From the sequence record SRR20825006_2882: a stretch of 38,721 nucleotides of DNA. The stretch is one strand, 5' to 3'. Position numbers and translations under genes: made by a program. Below, in pieces: positions 7,874-17,045 of the stretch. The notes under the pieces are model-generated. The model saw only the letters and a list, made by a program, of their open reading frames with translations, was not told the DNA's origin and did not search any database. Each line of letters opens with the position of its first letter. The stretch's first letter is position 1.

Positions 7874-9430
7874 ATGCAAATCGGGCACCGCGATCTCACG
7901 TTCCAGGACATCGAACGCGTTGTTTTTCAACGCGAACAGATCTTACTCGCACCCGAGGCCAGGGAGGCGGTCAAAAGATCCGCTGCCTTCGTGCGCGAGC
8001 GGGCCATGAGCGGCGACGCGATCTATGGCGTCACCACTGGTTTTGGCGCGAACCGCGACCGCGTGATTCGACCCGAGGACGCGGAGACCTTGCAGGAGCG
8101 CCTGTTGATGAGTCACGCCTGCGGCGTGGGTAATCCGCTGCCGACACCGGTGGTGCGCGCGATGATGTTGCTGCGTATCAACGCACTGGCGCGCGGCAAT
8201 TCGGGCATTCGCCTCGAGACACTGGAGCTACTGGCGAGCATGCTCAACGCCAACCTCCATCCCATCATCCCGGAGATCGGGAGCGTGGGCGCGAGCGGTG
8301 ATCTTTGCCCGCTCGCCCACATGTGCTTGCCCATCATCGGCCTGGGCGAGGCGGAGGTCGGCGGCGAGGTGCTCGCCGGCGGTGACGCGATGCACAGGGT
8401 GGGGCTAAACCCCACCAACCTCACGTACAAAGAGGGTCTGGCGCTCCTCAATGGCACCCAGGCGATGACCGCGCTCGGGGTCGTGGTGATTCATATCGCG
8501 GACCGCGTGCTCGACTGCGCGGATGCCATCGGAGCGATGAGCCTGGAGGCCGTTGCTGGCCGCCTGGCGGCCATGGATGCGCGCATCCACACCTTGCGTG
8601 GCAGGACCGGACAGAAGCAAAGCGCGGCCAATGTACGCGCGATCCTGGAGGGGTCCGAGCTCGCTGGCGCACAGCCCGGGCAAGTCCCCGGCAAGGTCGA
8701 CTACGTGCAGGATTCCTACTGTTTGCGTTGCATGCCACAGGTTCATGGCGCATGCCGCGATGTGGTCGAATACGTGCGCGGTGTCCTCGTGATCGAGGCC
8801 AACGCCGTGACCGATAACCCGCTCGTGTTCCTTCCTACCGATGAAGAGCCAGAAGGGGCGGTGCTCTCGGGCGGAAACTTCCACGGCGAACCTGTGGCGA
8901 TGGCGCTCGATTACCTCAAGATCGCGCTCGCGGAGCTCGGCAACATCTCCGAGCGTCGCTCGGCAAAGCTCGTCGACAAGTACTTCTCCGAAGGGCTCCC
9001 CGCGTTCCTCGTGAGCAACCCCGGGCTCAACTCCGGGATGATGATTCCACAGTATGTGGCCGCCGCGCTCGCCAGCGAGAACAAGGTCCAGGCGACGCCC
9101 GCGTCGACCGACTCGATCCCTACCAGTGCGAACATGGAGGACCACGTCTCGATGGGGTCTCATGCGGGTTTGCACGCATGGAAGGTGCTTCGCAACACCG
9201 AGAAGATCCTCGGGATCGAGTACCTGACGGCGTCTCAGGCGCTCGACTTGCGCGAAGGCTTCAAGCTCGCGCCAGGCACGAAAAAAGCGCACGAGTTGCT
9301 TCGCGCGCGCGTGTCCTTCATGGAGGAAGATCGCGTCCTCTACCCTGACATCGATCAGGCCACCGCGCTGATCCATGATGGATCGCTGGCGGCGTGCGTG
9401 TCGTCGTCACTGGCGGAACGTGTGGAGTGA
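7874..9430 (+). CDS. hutH: Histidine ammonia-lyase (MIO-dependent aromatic amino acid lyase family)
   Basis: IYGVTTGFG, LLMSHACGVG (HAL-type SH), GSVGASGDL (MIO tripeptide ASG), KEGLALLNGT, QDSYCLRC, GGNFHG, EDHVSMG. Confidence 0.9.
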   Translation: MQIGHRDLTFQDIERVVFQREQILLAPEAREAVKRSAAFVRERAMSGDAIYGVTTGFGANRDRVIRPEDAETLQERLLMSHACGVGNPLPTPVVRAMMLLRINALARGNSGIRLETLELLASMLNANLHPIIPEIGSVGASGDLCPLAHMCLPIIGLGEAEVGGEVLAGGDAMHRVGLNPTNLTYKEGLALLNGTQAMTALGVVVIHIADRVLDCADAIGAMSLEAVAGRLAAMDARIHTLRGRTGQKQSAANVRAILEGSELAGAQPGQVPGKVDYVQDSYCLRCMPQVHGACRDVVEYVRGVLVIEANAVTDNPLVFLPTDEEPEGAVLSGGNFHGEPVAMALDYLKIALAELGNISERRSAKLVDKYFSEGLPAFLVSNPGLNSGMMIPQYVAAALASENKVQATPASTDSIPTSANMEDHVSMGSHAGLHAWKVLRNTEKILGIEYLTASQALDLREGFKLAPGTKKAHELLRARVSFMEEDRVLYPDIDQATALIHDGSLAACVSSSLAERVE

Positions 9431-9446
9431 GGTGTGGGAGGGCTCG

Positions 9447-9824
9447 TCAGGAGACGAGCCCTTCGAGCATGGGGCCGAGCTGGGTCATCATCCCTGGCAA
9501 CCCGGCGTCCTTGCTGATGGCCCCTTGAGCACCGCGAGCGCGCGCGATCTCGTCGAGATCTCCCTGCGGCATCCCCGACACCAAAATGATCGGCGTCTGC
9601 GAGAGGTGCGGGATCGTGCGAAGGCCCTGAACGGGGTCATTTTGAGGCGCGTCGGGCATGTTGAGGTCGGTCAACACCACCGATGGCGCCTCCTCGGAGA
9701 CGAGTGTGTCGACCTGAGAGAACGCGAGCGCGCTCGTGGTCCTGTAACCGAGCTGGCCACAAATCATCTCGAGCATACTCACGATCAGTTCGCTATCGTC
9801 GAGAATCAAAACCAACTTGGACAT
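9447..9824 (-). CDS. Single-domain response regulator (CheY-like receiver)
   Basis: VLILDD, LTDLNMP (phospho-acceptor Asp), ILVSG, AISK. Start set at MSKLV (9824). Confidence 0.88.
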   Translation of the reverse strand: MSKLVLILDDSELIVSMLEMICGQLGYRTTSALAFSQVDTLVSEEAPSVVLTDLNMPDAPQNDPVQGLRTIPHLSQTPIILVSGMPQGDLDEIARARGAQGAISKDAGLPGMMTQLGPMLEGLVS

Positions 9825-9877
9825 CTGCCGTCCTGTTGCTTGTCTGTTGTGTGTGAACGGGGCGTGCGTCGAGCAAC

Positions 9878-11533
9878 TCAATCCTTTTCGATGAGCTCTT
9901 CGACGACTTCGAGCAAGAGGCCGCCGCCGATCTCGCCCTTCACGAGGAAGCGGTTGGCGCCAGCATCGAAGGCATCCTGGCGTACCTTATCGGAGTCAAG
10001 GCTTGTCAGCAAGACGATCGGGATCTGAGCGATGTGTGCGCTGACACGCACTGCTCTCGTCAACTCGTAGCCAGACATCGAGGGCATCTGCCAGTCCGAA
10101 ATCAGCAGGTCGAAGCGCTCGCGCTCGAGCTTGGTGAGCGCCTCGTGGCCATTGCTCGCGAGCACGATGTCGTAGTCCCCCTCCGAGAGCACGAAGGCGA
10201 TGGACGCCGCGACGGTCTCGGTGTCCTCGGCGACGAGGATGCGTCTGCGCGAGGCGCGATGTACTGCCTCCGTGGGCACGAAGGGCGCGATCTTGAGCAG
10301 CTCGCGCACGCGATGTACCAACTCTCCGCCGCCGATCGAGCCCTTGATGATGTAGTCATTGGCGCCAGCGTCAAAGCCCGCGTCGCGCTCGTTCGGGTGG
10401 TCGAGCGAGGTCAGCAGAATCACCGGGATGTCGCTCAGGTAGTCGTCATCGCGGATCATGCGCGTGAGCGCGATCCCGTCCAACCTGGGCATCGCGATAT
10501 CACTGATAATCAGCGAATAGGGCCGCTCGCGCAGCATCCTGAGCGCTTCCTCGCCATTGCTCGCGATGTCGAGCGGCAGGTCCAGCTCGCCCAACACGAA
10601 CCCGATCGACGCCGCGATGGTGTCGACATCATCGACGATCAGGATACGTTGCTCCATCCCGTCGAGCGATATGGTTTGCTCGAGCTCGATGGGCGGCTTC
10701 TTTGGCTTGGGCTGCTTCTTGCGGTGTTGCGGAGGCGCGCTCGGTGTGTTCTGCGTCGGCACCTCAGGAGGACGCTTCCTTCCCTTCGCCGATGGCGTCT
10801 CGGCCTGTGTCTCTTCCTCGAGAGGTCGCGAGAGCTCCTCGAGCGTGGTGTGACTGAGCAAATCATCGAAGCATTCCTGCAACGACGAGAGCACCTGCGC
10901 AGCTTCCTGCGCGTCCACGTGAACATCCGAGGCGTGAATCGCGGTCTCGAGCAACCTGTACCCATTCATCAACGGCTTGGTTGGCCACACGCGCTCTTCT
11001 GGTGGGAGCTTGCGCATGGTGACGAGCACCTGCTCCATCAACCCCGAGATATCCGCCAGCTCCTTGAGCCCCAACATCGCCGCGCCGCCGCGGATCGCGT
11101 GCAGGTGCTGCGCGCTCTTGTCGAGCGCCTGGTTCGAGCCCTGGTGGTTAAACAACCCCATCATCGAGAGCGAGAGCCCCGAGAGCCGCTTCTGTGCTTC
11201 GTTTTGAAACGCCGAGATAAACTGCTTGAGGCCTTCCTCGACCGAGGATGTTCGCCCCGTCGGTTCGGGCTCGGGTGGTTCTTCTCGGGTGCGTGGGACG
11301 AAGAAGTCGGCGACTGCCTTGAGACCCTGGAGCAACACCTCGAGCTGGGTCGAGGTCGCCTCGTCATCGATCTGCGTCGAGCCGAGCTGCTCGAGTAACT
11401 TATCGAGCCCACGCGTGATCTCTTCGACACCTTCCAACGCATGAGTGCCTTCCCCTTCCAACAGGGAGGAAAGACGTGTGCGTGTCTCCTCGATCTCCTG
11501 CGTGAGATCGGTTGTCGGGGAGGATTCTGACAT
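9878..11533 (-). CDS. Hpt + two receiver domains phosphorelay protein (no kinase domain)
   Basis: Hpt motif AQHLHAIRGGAAMLG; Pro/Lys-rich linker; REC1 ILIVDD..ISDIAMP..LLTS..YIIKG; REC2 ILVAED..ISDWQMP..LLTS..FLVKG. Confidence 0.88.
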   Translation of the reverse strand: MSESSPTTDLTQEIEETRTRLSSLLEGEGTHALEGVEEITRGLDKLLEQLGSTQIDDEATSTQLEVLLQGLKAVADFFVPRTREEPPEPEPTGRTSSVEEGLKQFISAFQNEAQKRLSGLSLSMMGLFNHQGSNQALDKSAQHLHAIRGGAAMLGLKELADISGLMEQVLVTMRKLPPEERVWPTKPLMNGYRLLETAIHASDVHVDAQEAAQVLSSLQECFDDLLSHTTLEELSRPLEEETQAETPSAKGRKRPPEVPTQNTPSAPPQHRKKQPKPKKPPIELEQTISLDGMEQRILIVDDVDTIAASIGFVLGELDLPLDIASNGEEALRMLRERPYSLIISDIAMPRLDGIALTRMIRDDDYLSDIPVILLTSLDHPNERDAGFDAGANDYIIKGSIGGGELVHRVRELLKIAPFVPTEAVHRASRRRILVAEDTETVAASIAFVLSEGDYDIVLASNGHEALTKLERERFDLLISDWQMPSMSGYELTRAVRVSAHIAQIPIVLLTSLDSDKVRQDAFDAGANRFLVKGEIGGGLLLEVVEELIEKD

Positions 11534-11652
11534 GAGTGATCGGCGGGTAGAGAAATTCTATGTTTTGATCGTGCTCCGATGATGCGCCAACGAAGGCCAG
11601 AACACAAGAACCCAGAAGATATCTCAAAGCAGTCACGCTGGCGCAAGCACTT

Positions 11653-12027
11653 TCATCGAGACATCAGCGCGCGTGCACGCGCGATCGCTGATGAATCCTC
11701 ACCATGCGCGATCACGTAGGCGAGGGCGCCGCGCGCCTCGGCGTGCTCGCCGGCAAGCAGCAGCACCTCGCCGAGCCCGAGTCGAACCTCCGTGTTGGTC
11801 GGCTCGAGCTGCTGCGCGTGCTTGAAGCATCCGATGGCGCGTCCCAGGTCACCGCGCCTCCGTGCGATCAACCCCAACGCCTGCCATGGATACCCCATCT
11901 TTGGCGCCAACACCGTCAGCCCCGCGAAGATCTTCTGCGCTTCGTCCAGACGTCCTCGCTCCAGATACGTCCAGCCAAGGTGTGCCAGACTCCAGAGTTC
12001 ATCTTCTCGCCAGGTCGCGTTCGTCAT
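11653..12027 (-). CDS. Small TPR protein, SycD/LcrH (class II T3SS chaperone)-like
   Basis: Three TPR-like helical pairs (LGWTYLERGRLDEAQKIFAGL, ALGLIARRRGDLGRAIGCF, LGEVLLLAGEHAEARGAL); 23 nt downstream of sctU. Confidence 0.75.
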   Translation of the reverse strand: MTNATWREDELWSLAHLGWTYLERGRLDEAQKIFAGLTVLAPKMGYPWQALGLIARRRGDLGRAIGCFKHAQQLEPTNTEVRLGLGEVLLLAGEHAEARGALAYVIAHGEDSSAIARARALMSR

Positions 12028-12050
12028 CTCGTTCCTCCTCTTCTCGGGTC

Positions 12051-13097
12051 TCAGTTGGTGCGCGCCAGCGCGTAGACTTGTCGCAAGATGACCGCGACGG
12101 ATTCATAAAACTGTTCGGGGATTTCGACCTCGACGCCGACCTCGACCAGCGCCCTCGCAAGCGGCACGTCGCGCACGATCGGGACGTTGTGCTTGCGGGC
12201 GAGGCGGCGGATTTGCGCGGCCACCTCGCCGCGTCCCGCGGCGATAATCATCGGCGCGCCGCCCTCGTCCTCGCGATAGCGAAGCGCCACGGCCACGTGC
12301 GTCGGGTTGACGACCACAGCGTCCGCGTCCTTCACGCGCTGGACGCCAGGATCGTTGATCAGTTCGTGGTGGAGCTGCTGGCGCTTTCCCTTGAGCATCG
12401 GGTCTCCCTCGCTCTCCTTGTACTCGCGCTGCACCTCGTCCTTGCCCATCATCAGCTTCTTGTTGTGCCGATGGCGCTGCCACAGCAAATCCGCCACGCC
12501 AAACAGAAGCAGCGCCGAGAGCATCGTCACCGACAATCGCAACGCGCTATCCCCCAACGCGGTCAGGCCGTGAACGAGTCGCCCGCGAGGTGTGGTCGCC
12601 AACCTCGGGATCTCGTCGGCCAGGATCGAGACCCCGATCACGCCCATCAAAGAGAGCTTGAGCAAGTTCTTCACCAGCTCGACGAGCTTGTCCTTGTTCA
12701 CCAGATTCTTGGCGTTGTTCGCCATGTTCAGGCGGTTCGCGTCCGGTATCAATGGCTTCATCGTGAACAGCGCGCCGATCTGGATGTAGGTGAAGAACGC
12801 CGCCGCCACGAACGCCACGCCGAGCATCGGTCCGATGCATTCGGCCAGCGTGAGCAACCCATCGAGCATGAAGCGCTCGACGACCTCGGGGCCGATCGAC
12901 TCGCGGCTCACCAGCGTGATCGTGTGGCGCATGAAGTCGAGCAGGCGCGTGAAAATCATCGTCGAGCTCGCCAGCAGCGTCCCGAACGCAGCGAACATCA
13001 CCATCACACCGGAGAACTCGCCGCTCTTGGCGACGTCTCCATCCATGCGCGCTTTGCGCTTGCGTTTGGGTGTGGCTTCTTCGGTCTTCTCGCTCAT
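12051..13097 (-). CDS. sctU: Type III export switch protein SctU (YscU/FlhB family)
   Basis: MSEKTEEATPKR..ARMDGDVAKS, LMMGKDEVQREYKESEGDP, intact autocleavage motif VVNPTHVAVAL, VPLARAL. Confidence 0.95.
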   Translation of the reverse strand: MSEKTEEATPKRKRKARMDGDVAKSGEFSGVMVMFAAFGTLLASSTMIFTRLLDFMRHTITLVSRESIGPEVVERFMLDGLLTLAECIGPMLGVAFVAAAFFTYIQIGALFTMKPLIPDANRLNMANNAKNLVNKDKLVELVKNLLKLSLMGVIGVSILADEIPRLATTPRGRLVHGLTALGDSALRLSVTMLSALLLFGVADLLWQRHRHNKKLMMGKDEVQREYKESEGDPMLKGKRQQLHHELINDPGVQRVKDADAVVVNPTHVAVALRYREDEGGAPMIIAAGRGEVAAQIRRLARKHNVPIVRDVPLARALVEVGVEVEIPEQFYESVAVILRQVYALARTN

Positions 13098-13101
13098 ACC
13101 G

Positions 13102-13929
13102 CTAGCCCCCCATCGCCAGAGATTGCATGACCGCTTCGATAAACTGGATGCCCGTGATCGCCTCGCGCATCGTGCGCTCGACCAGAGCTTGCAAGGTCAT
13201 CAGCACGACCACGATCCCCGCCAGCGCCTTGATTGGCATCCCCAGAAAGAAGACGTTGATTTGCGGCGCCGCGCGGTTGACCATCGCCAGGCAAAGATCC
13301 GTCAGCAAGATCGCCGCGATCACGGGGAACGCCATCACCACGCCGAGCGTGATCGCGTCTGTCGCCAACCGAGTGATTCCGAACGCCACCGCGCCCAGAT
13401 GATCTCCCAGTGGAGGCATCGTTTGTGGAGGGATCGCCGCGAATGAATTGACCAACGCGGCGATAAACAGGCGGTGTCCGCCAAGCAACAGAAAGACCAC
13501 CACGTTGAGCTGATACAGGTAGTCGCTCGTCACGCTCACGCGCTCCTTGAGCTGCGGAACAAACGCGGTGGCTTGCGTCTGGCCACGCGCGTTGTCGATG
13601 AGTTGACCTGCGATCCTGACGGCGTCGAACACCAGCGTGGCGACGAAGCCAAAGGTGAACCCGAGCAACAACTCCTTGCACAGCAACACCGTCAGCGCCA
13701 ACGCGCCATCAGGCAGCGCTGCCGCCGCGCCCGAACCCCACACCAGCGGATAAATCATCCCTGTCAGCGCGATCGTCAGCCCCATCTTCACGAGCTGTGG
13801 GACAGCCTTCCCGCCAAGGTAGGGCACCATCATCACGATCGGCGCGACGCGTGCGGCGACGAGCGCCCACAGCAAGATCGCGCGATCGAGCAAGGCCTGG
13901 GTGGCGGGGTCTGTGAAGAGGTCGAACAT
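13102..13929 (-). CDS. sctT: Type III export gate protein SctT (YscT/FliR family)
   Basis: Multi-TM protein; KELLLG, AGQLIDNARG (YscT-like IDNxRG), NRAAPQINVFFLGMPIK. Confidence 0.93.
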   Translation of the reverse strand: MFDLFTDPATQALLDRAILLWALVAARVAPIVMMVPYLGGKAVPQLVKMGLTIALTGMIYPLVWGSGAAAALPDGALALTVLLCKELLLGFTFGFVATLVFDAVRIAGQLIDNARGQTQATAFVPQLKERVSVTSDYLYQLNVVVFLLLGGHRLFIAALVNSFAAIPPQTMPPLGDHLGAVAFGITRLATDAITLGVVMAFPVIAAILLTDLCLAMVNRAAPQINVFFLGMPIKALAGIVVVLMTLQALVERTMREAITGIQFIEAVMQSLAMGG

Positions 13930-13953
13930 GAGGAGTTTATCAGCCTTTCAATA

Positions 13954-14208
13954 TCAGTGGATGCCGGAGAAGACGAGGTGCGTGAAGCGCACCAACTGCG
14001 CGCCGATCCAGGGCGCCGAGATGGCAAGGCTGACGAACACGGCCACCAACTTCGGGACAAACGTCAAGGTCTGCTCCTGAATCTGGGTCGTGGCCTGCAC
14101 GATGCTCACCAACAAGCCGACAAACAGGCTCGTGAGCACCGGCGGCGCCGACACGATGAGCGCGAGCAGTAGCCCTTCGCGGGCGATCTGGAGGATGAAG
14201 TCTTCCAT
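13954..14208 (-). CDS. sctS: Type III export gate protein SctS (YscS/FliQ family)
   Basis: VGLLVSIVQATTQIQEQTLTFVPKL. Start set at MEDFIL (14208). Confidence 0.95.
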   Translation of the reverse strand: MEDFILQIAREGLLLALIVSAPPVLTSLFVGLLVSIVQATTQIQEQTLTFVPKLVAVFVSLAISAPWIGAQLVRFTHLVFSGIH

Positions 14209-14218
14209 CGAATAACCC

Positions 14219-15016
14219 TCACACGTAGCCCAGGATGAGGCCCTTGACGACCAGGTACCAGCCATCGACGAGCACGAATAACAGCAGCTTGAACGGCAAA
14301 CTCACCGTCGTGGGGCTGAGCATATGCATCCCCAGACTGAGCAGGATGTTGGCCACCACCAAATCCACGATCAGGAAGGGGACAAAGAGCAGGAAGCCGA
14401 TGGTGAACGCCTCCTTTAACTCGGTCAGCACGAACGCCGGGATGGCGATGATGAGGTCATCGGCCTCGAGTGATTTTTGCTGCTCGGGCGTGCGCAGCTG
14501 AATCGCCAGCTCGTGCAAAAGCACGCGCTCTGCCGGGTCAGCGTGCTTGAGCAAGAAGCCCTTGAGCGGCTTGACCGCTTCCTTTGCCGTGCCCACCCAC
14601 TCCTTGTACTCGGGTTGCTCCTCGGTTTGTTCGATTTGCTGCACCACAGGTTCGATGACCTGGTAGGTGTCCATCGCCACGGGCGCCATGATGTAGACGC
14701 TGAGCACGATCGCCAGGCCGGTGATGACCTGGTTTGGAGGGACCTGCTGCGCGCCGATGGCGGTGCGAAGCAGCGAGAGCACCACGGCGACTTTGACAAA
14801 GCTCGTGACCATGATGAGCAGGAACGGCAAGAGCGCGAGCCCCGCCAGGACGGCGATCAACCCGAGCGGGTTGCCGCCGCTGGCGCCGGGAGCGCCCTGA
14901 GCAAACGCGCTCTGGGCCATCAGGAAGACGCCTGCGCCAGCGAGCGATGCCACAGCGAGCGGTGCGCGCCCTGGCCATCTCGAGGAGACGTTTGGATGTG
15001 TGGTGGAGTCGTTCAC
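14219..15016 (-). CDS. sctR: Type III export gate protein SctR (YscR/FliP family)
   Basis: PFLLIMVTSFVK, AIGAQQVPPNQV, FLLKHAD, IPAFVLTELKEAFTIGF, SLPFKLLLFVLVDGW. Probable GTG start at 15016 after AAAGAGG. Confidence 0.95.
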   Translation of the reverse strand: MNDSTTHPNVSSRWPGRAPLAVASLAGAGVFLMAQSAFAQGAPGASGGNPLGLIAVLAGLALLPFLLIMVTSFVKVAVVLSLLRTAIGAQQVPPNQVITGLAIVLSVYIMAPVAMDTYQVIEPVVQQIEQTEEQPEYKEWVGTAKEAVKPLKGFLLKHADPAERVLLHELAIQLRTPEQQKSLEADDLIIAIPAFVLTELKEAFTIGFLLFVPFLIVDLVVANILLSLGMHMLSPTTVSLPFKLLLFVLVDGWYLVVKGLILGYV

Positions 15017-15040
15017 GCGCAAGCCTCTTTGGTTCACGGA

Positions 15041-15055
15041 GCACGGGCGATGCCG
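15041..15055 (-). promoter_or_regulatory. Possible sigma54 (-24/-12) promoter for the sct operon
   Basis: Minus strand reads CGGCATCGCCCGTGC, a GG-N10-GC spacing just upstream of the sctR RBS. Imperfect match. Confidence 0.25.
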
Positions 15056-15378
15056 TCGTGGTTTGCATTCACTCTGGTTTTCGGCCTCGATCACTGCGAG
15101 GTTGCGTCGCGGCGAGAAAAAACTTTCTTCGACCGTCCTCGCCGCAACAGAGGTGTGATGATCGTGCTGGTAAAGGCGAATGATCCTGCGATCTCCCGCT
15201 ATCCCGCCCACAAATCGAGACCGTGACACTGTGATAGCCGATTCCTCGCGAGCCGTCACGAGACGAGCGGCGAGAGCGAAACCGGCGCGCTGCTCCTCGC
15301 CGCACTCGGGCAGCGGTGTTATGGTGTGCGAGGAATTGCACCCGCGATACTCCAGGCAAAAACAACAAAGAGTCGACG

Positions 15379-16140
15379 ATGACGATCACCAATGAAGAAG
15401 AGCTCGAGGGGATGCGTGCGGCTGGAAAGCTGGCGGCGGTGATCCTCGAAGAGATGCTCGAGCACGCCGAGGTCGGGATGACCACCGGCGAGCTCGACGC
15501 GTTCGGGGTCAAATTGATGGAAGAGCACGGCGCCAACTCCGCGCCGCAATCAGTAGGCTTCCCCGCGGCGACATGCATCAGCCTCAACGAGGAGGTCGCG
15601 CACGGCATCCCCGGAGATCGCGTGATCGAAGCTGGCGACGTGCTCAACGTCGACGTGTCGCTCGAGCTCGACGGTTTCTTCGCTGACAACGGCGCGACGA
15701 TCCCGATGGGCGAGGAGGCAGAACGATACCTTCCCCTTATCGACGCGGCGCGCGAGGCCAGGGATCACTCCATCAGGTTGTTGCGCGCGGGGGCGCCGTA
15801 CAACATCCTCGGTCGCGTCTTCGAGCAGCACGCCAAGCGCAACAAGTACAAGGTGATCCGCAACCTCTGCTCGCACGGCATCGGGCGCAGCCTGCACGAG
15901 GAACCCTCCGAGCTGCTCGGGTTCTACGATCGCTTCGATCGCCGCAAGTTCCATCATGGCCAGGTCATCACCGTCGAGCCCTTCATGAGCACGGCGACCA
16001 ACTGGGTCGAAGAGGCGAGCGATGGTTGGACGTTGCTCAATACGCCGGGAGGACGCTCGGCGCAGTTCGAGCACACGTTGGTGATCCTCAAGGGTCGGGA
16101 GCCCGAGATCCTGACGTTGCCCCCCTCGATGTCTGCCTGA
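15379..16140 (+). CDS. map: Type I methionine aminopeptidase
   Basis: GFPAATCISLNEEVAHGIPG, NVDVS..GFFADNG, SHGIGRSLHEEP, TVEPF, SAQFEHT. Start at MTITNEEE. Confidence 0.95.
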   Translation: MTITNEEELEGMRAAGKLAAVILEEMLEHAEVGMTTGELDAFGVKLMEEHGANSAPQSVGFPAATCISLNEEVAHGIPGDRVIEAGDVLNVDVSLELDGFFADNGATIPMGEEAERYLPLIDAAREARDHSIRLLRAGAPYNILGRVFEQHAKRNKYKVIRNLCSHGIGRSLHEEPSELLGFYDRFDRRKFHHGQVITVEPFMSTATNWVEEASDGWTLLNTPGGRSAQFEHTLVILKGREPEILTLPPSMSA

Positions 16141-16385
16141 ACGGGGTGACGTTCACGGCTCGGAATTTCTATCCGAGGTATCTCGGTTTGGGTTGAATCG
16201 ACGATCCCTGTGGATTAACTTCGAGGCTGAAGTCATTGATCAAGACAGGGACGCTCTCTCGACATGCCTCGTGCCAACGAGCGAGCTGTCGATTTAACTG
16301 GTGCCACGGAAGAGGTGACGCGTGTCGATGATATACGTGTTCCTCGAGGATTGAGGTTGGCATCCCTCACACCACCACATCCGTC

Positions 16386-17045
16386 ATGTTTCTCAACGTC
16401 TATCGCGATCTCGAAGACGGTGACCTGCTCGAAGCGCTCGGCTACGACATCGTCATCCAGCGTCGAACTCTGCCCGCCGTCTCTTTCCCGAGCGGAAAGT
16501 TGGTGGCGTGCGATCCGCTGACTCACCCAACGACAGAACCCTTCGACTTCGAACTCGAACCAGGGAACTACCCCGTAAGATTGATCATCGCGCAGCTACG
16601 CGATGAGGCGAGGTTGGCTCAGGCCATCCTCGAGGTCCGCCCCGAGCCAGCAAAGCGTTGGGAGGTTGCCACCGTCCCCGGTGAAGACACCTCATTGTTA
16701 TCAGAGGACGAGCACGGCTATTCGGTTGTCTCCTCGCTCGCATGTTTCATGGATGTGGAGACCGCCGCGCACATGATCCAGTATGGCGAGTTGGTCCTGG
16801 ATGATGACGATAACGAGGTCGAGAAACAGCTCAAGATCCAGCAACGCAAGGCGCTCACGCGGGGCCTCTGCTTTAACAAGGTCGCCCACCCAGCGCTCGG
16901 AGAGGGGCATATCGCGCTCTTCTCATCAGGTTATGGCGAGGGGCTCTACCGAACCTGGGTCGGACGCGACGTAGATGGCAACATCACGCGCGTCGTGACG
17001 GACTTCGAAGTGCTCGAGATGCGCTTCCCATCATTCAGTTTCTAG
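16386..17045 (+). CDS. DUF4241-like protein
   Basis: FPSGKLVACDPL, PGNYPV, GYSVVSSLACFMD, FSSGYGEGLY..VVTDF pattern. Confidence 0.7.
   Translation: MFLNVYRDLEDGDLLEALGYDIVIQRRTLPAVSFPSGKLVACDPLTHPTTEPFDFELEPGNYPVRLIIAQLRDEARLAQAILEVRPEPAKRWEVATVPGEDTSLLSEDEHGYSVVSSLACFMDVETAAHMIQYGELVLDDDDNEVEKQLKIQQRKALTRGLCFNKVAHPALGEGHIALFSSGYGEGLYRTWVGRDVDGNITRVVTDFEVLEMRFPSFSF

Noticed and set aside
7368-7930. ORFs 7368-7871, 7484-7930 and 7503-7838 across the cassette-hutH gap
   Set aside because: They read through the palindrome and look non-coding; only the signal-peptide relic from 7487 is supported.
12051-15016. Flagellar fliP-fliQ-fliR-flhB annotation
   Set aside because: There are no flagellar neighbours, the motifs (IDNARG, FLLKHAD) are injectisome-like, and a SycD-like TPR gene follows. 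A phylogeny is still needed to be sure.
16141-16385. Small ORFs in the map-DUF4241 gap (16169-16363 -, 16264-16521 +)
   Set aside because: They have no convincing RBS, motif or typical codon usage, so I treated the gap as intergenic.
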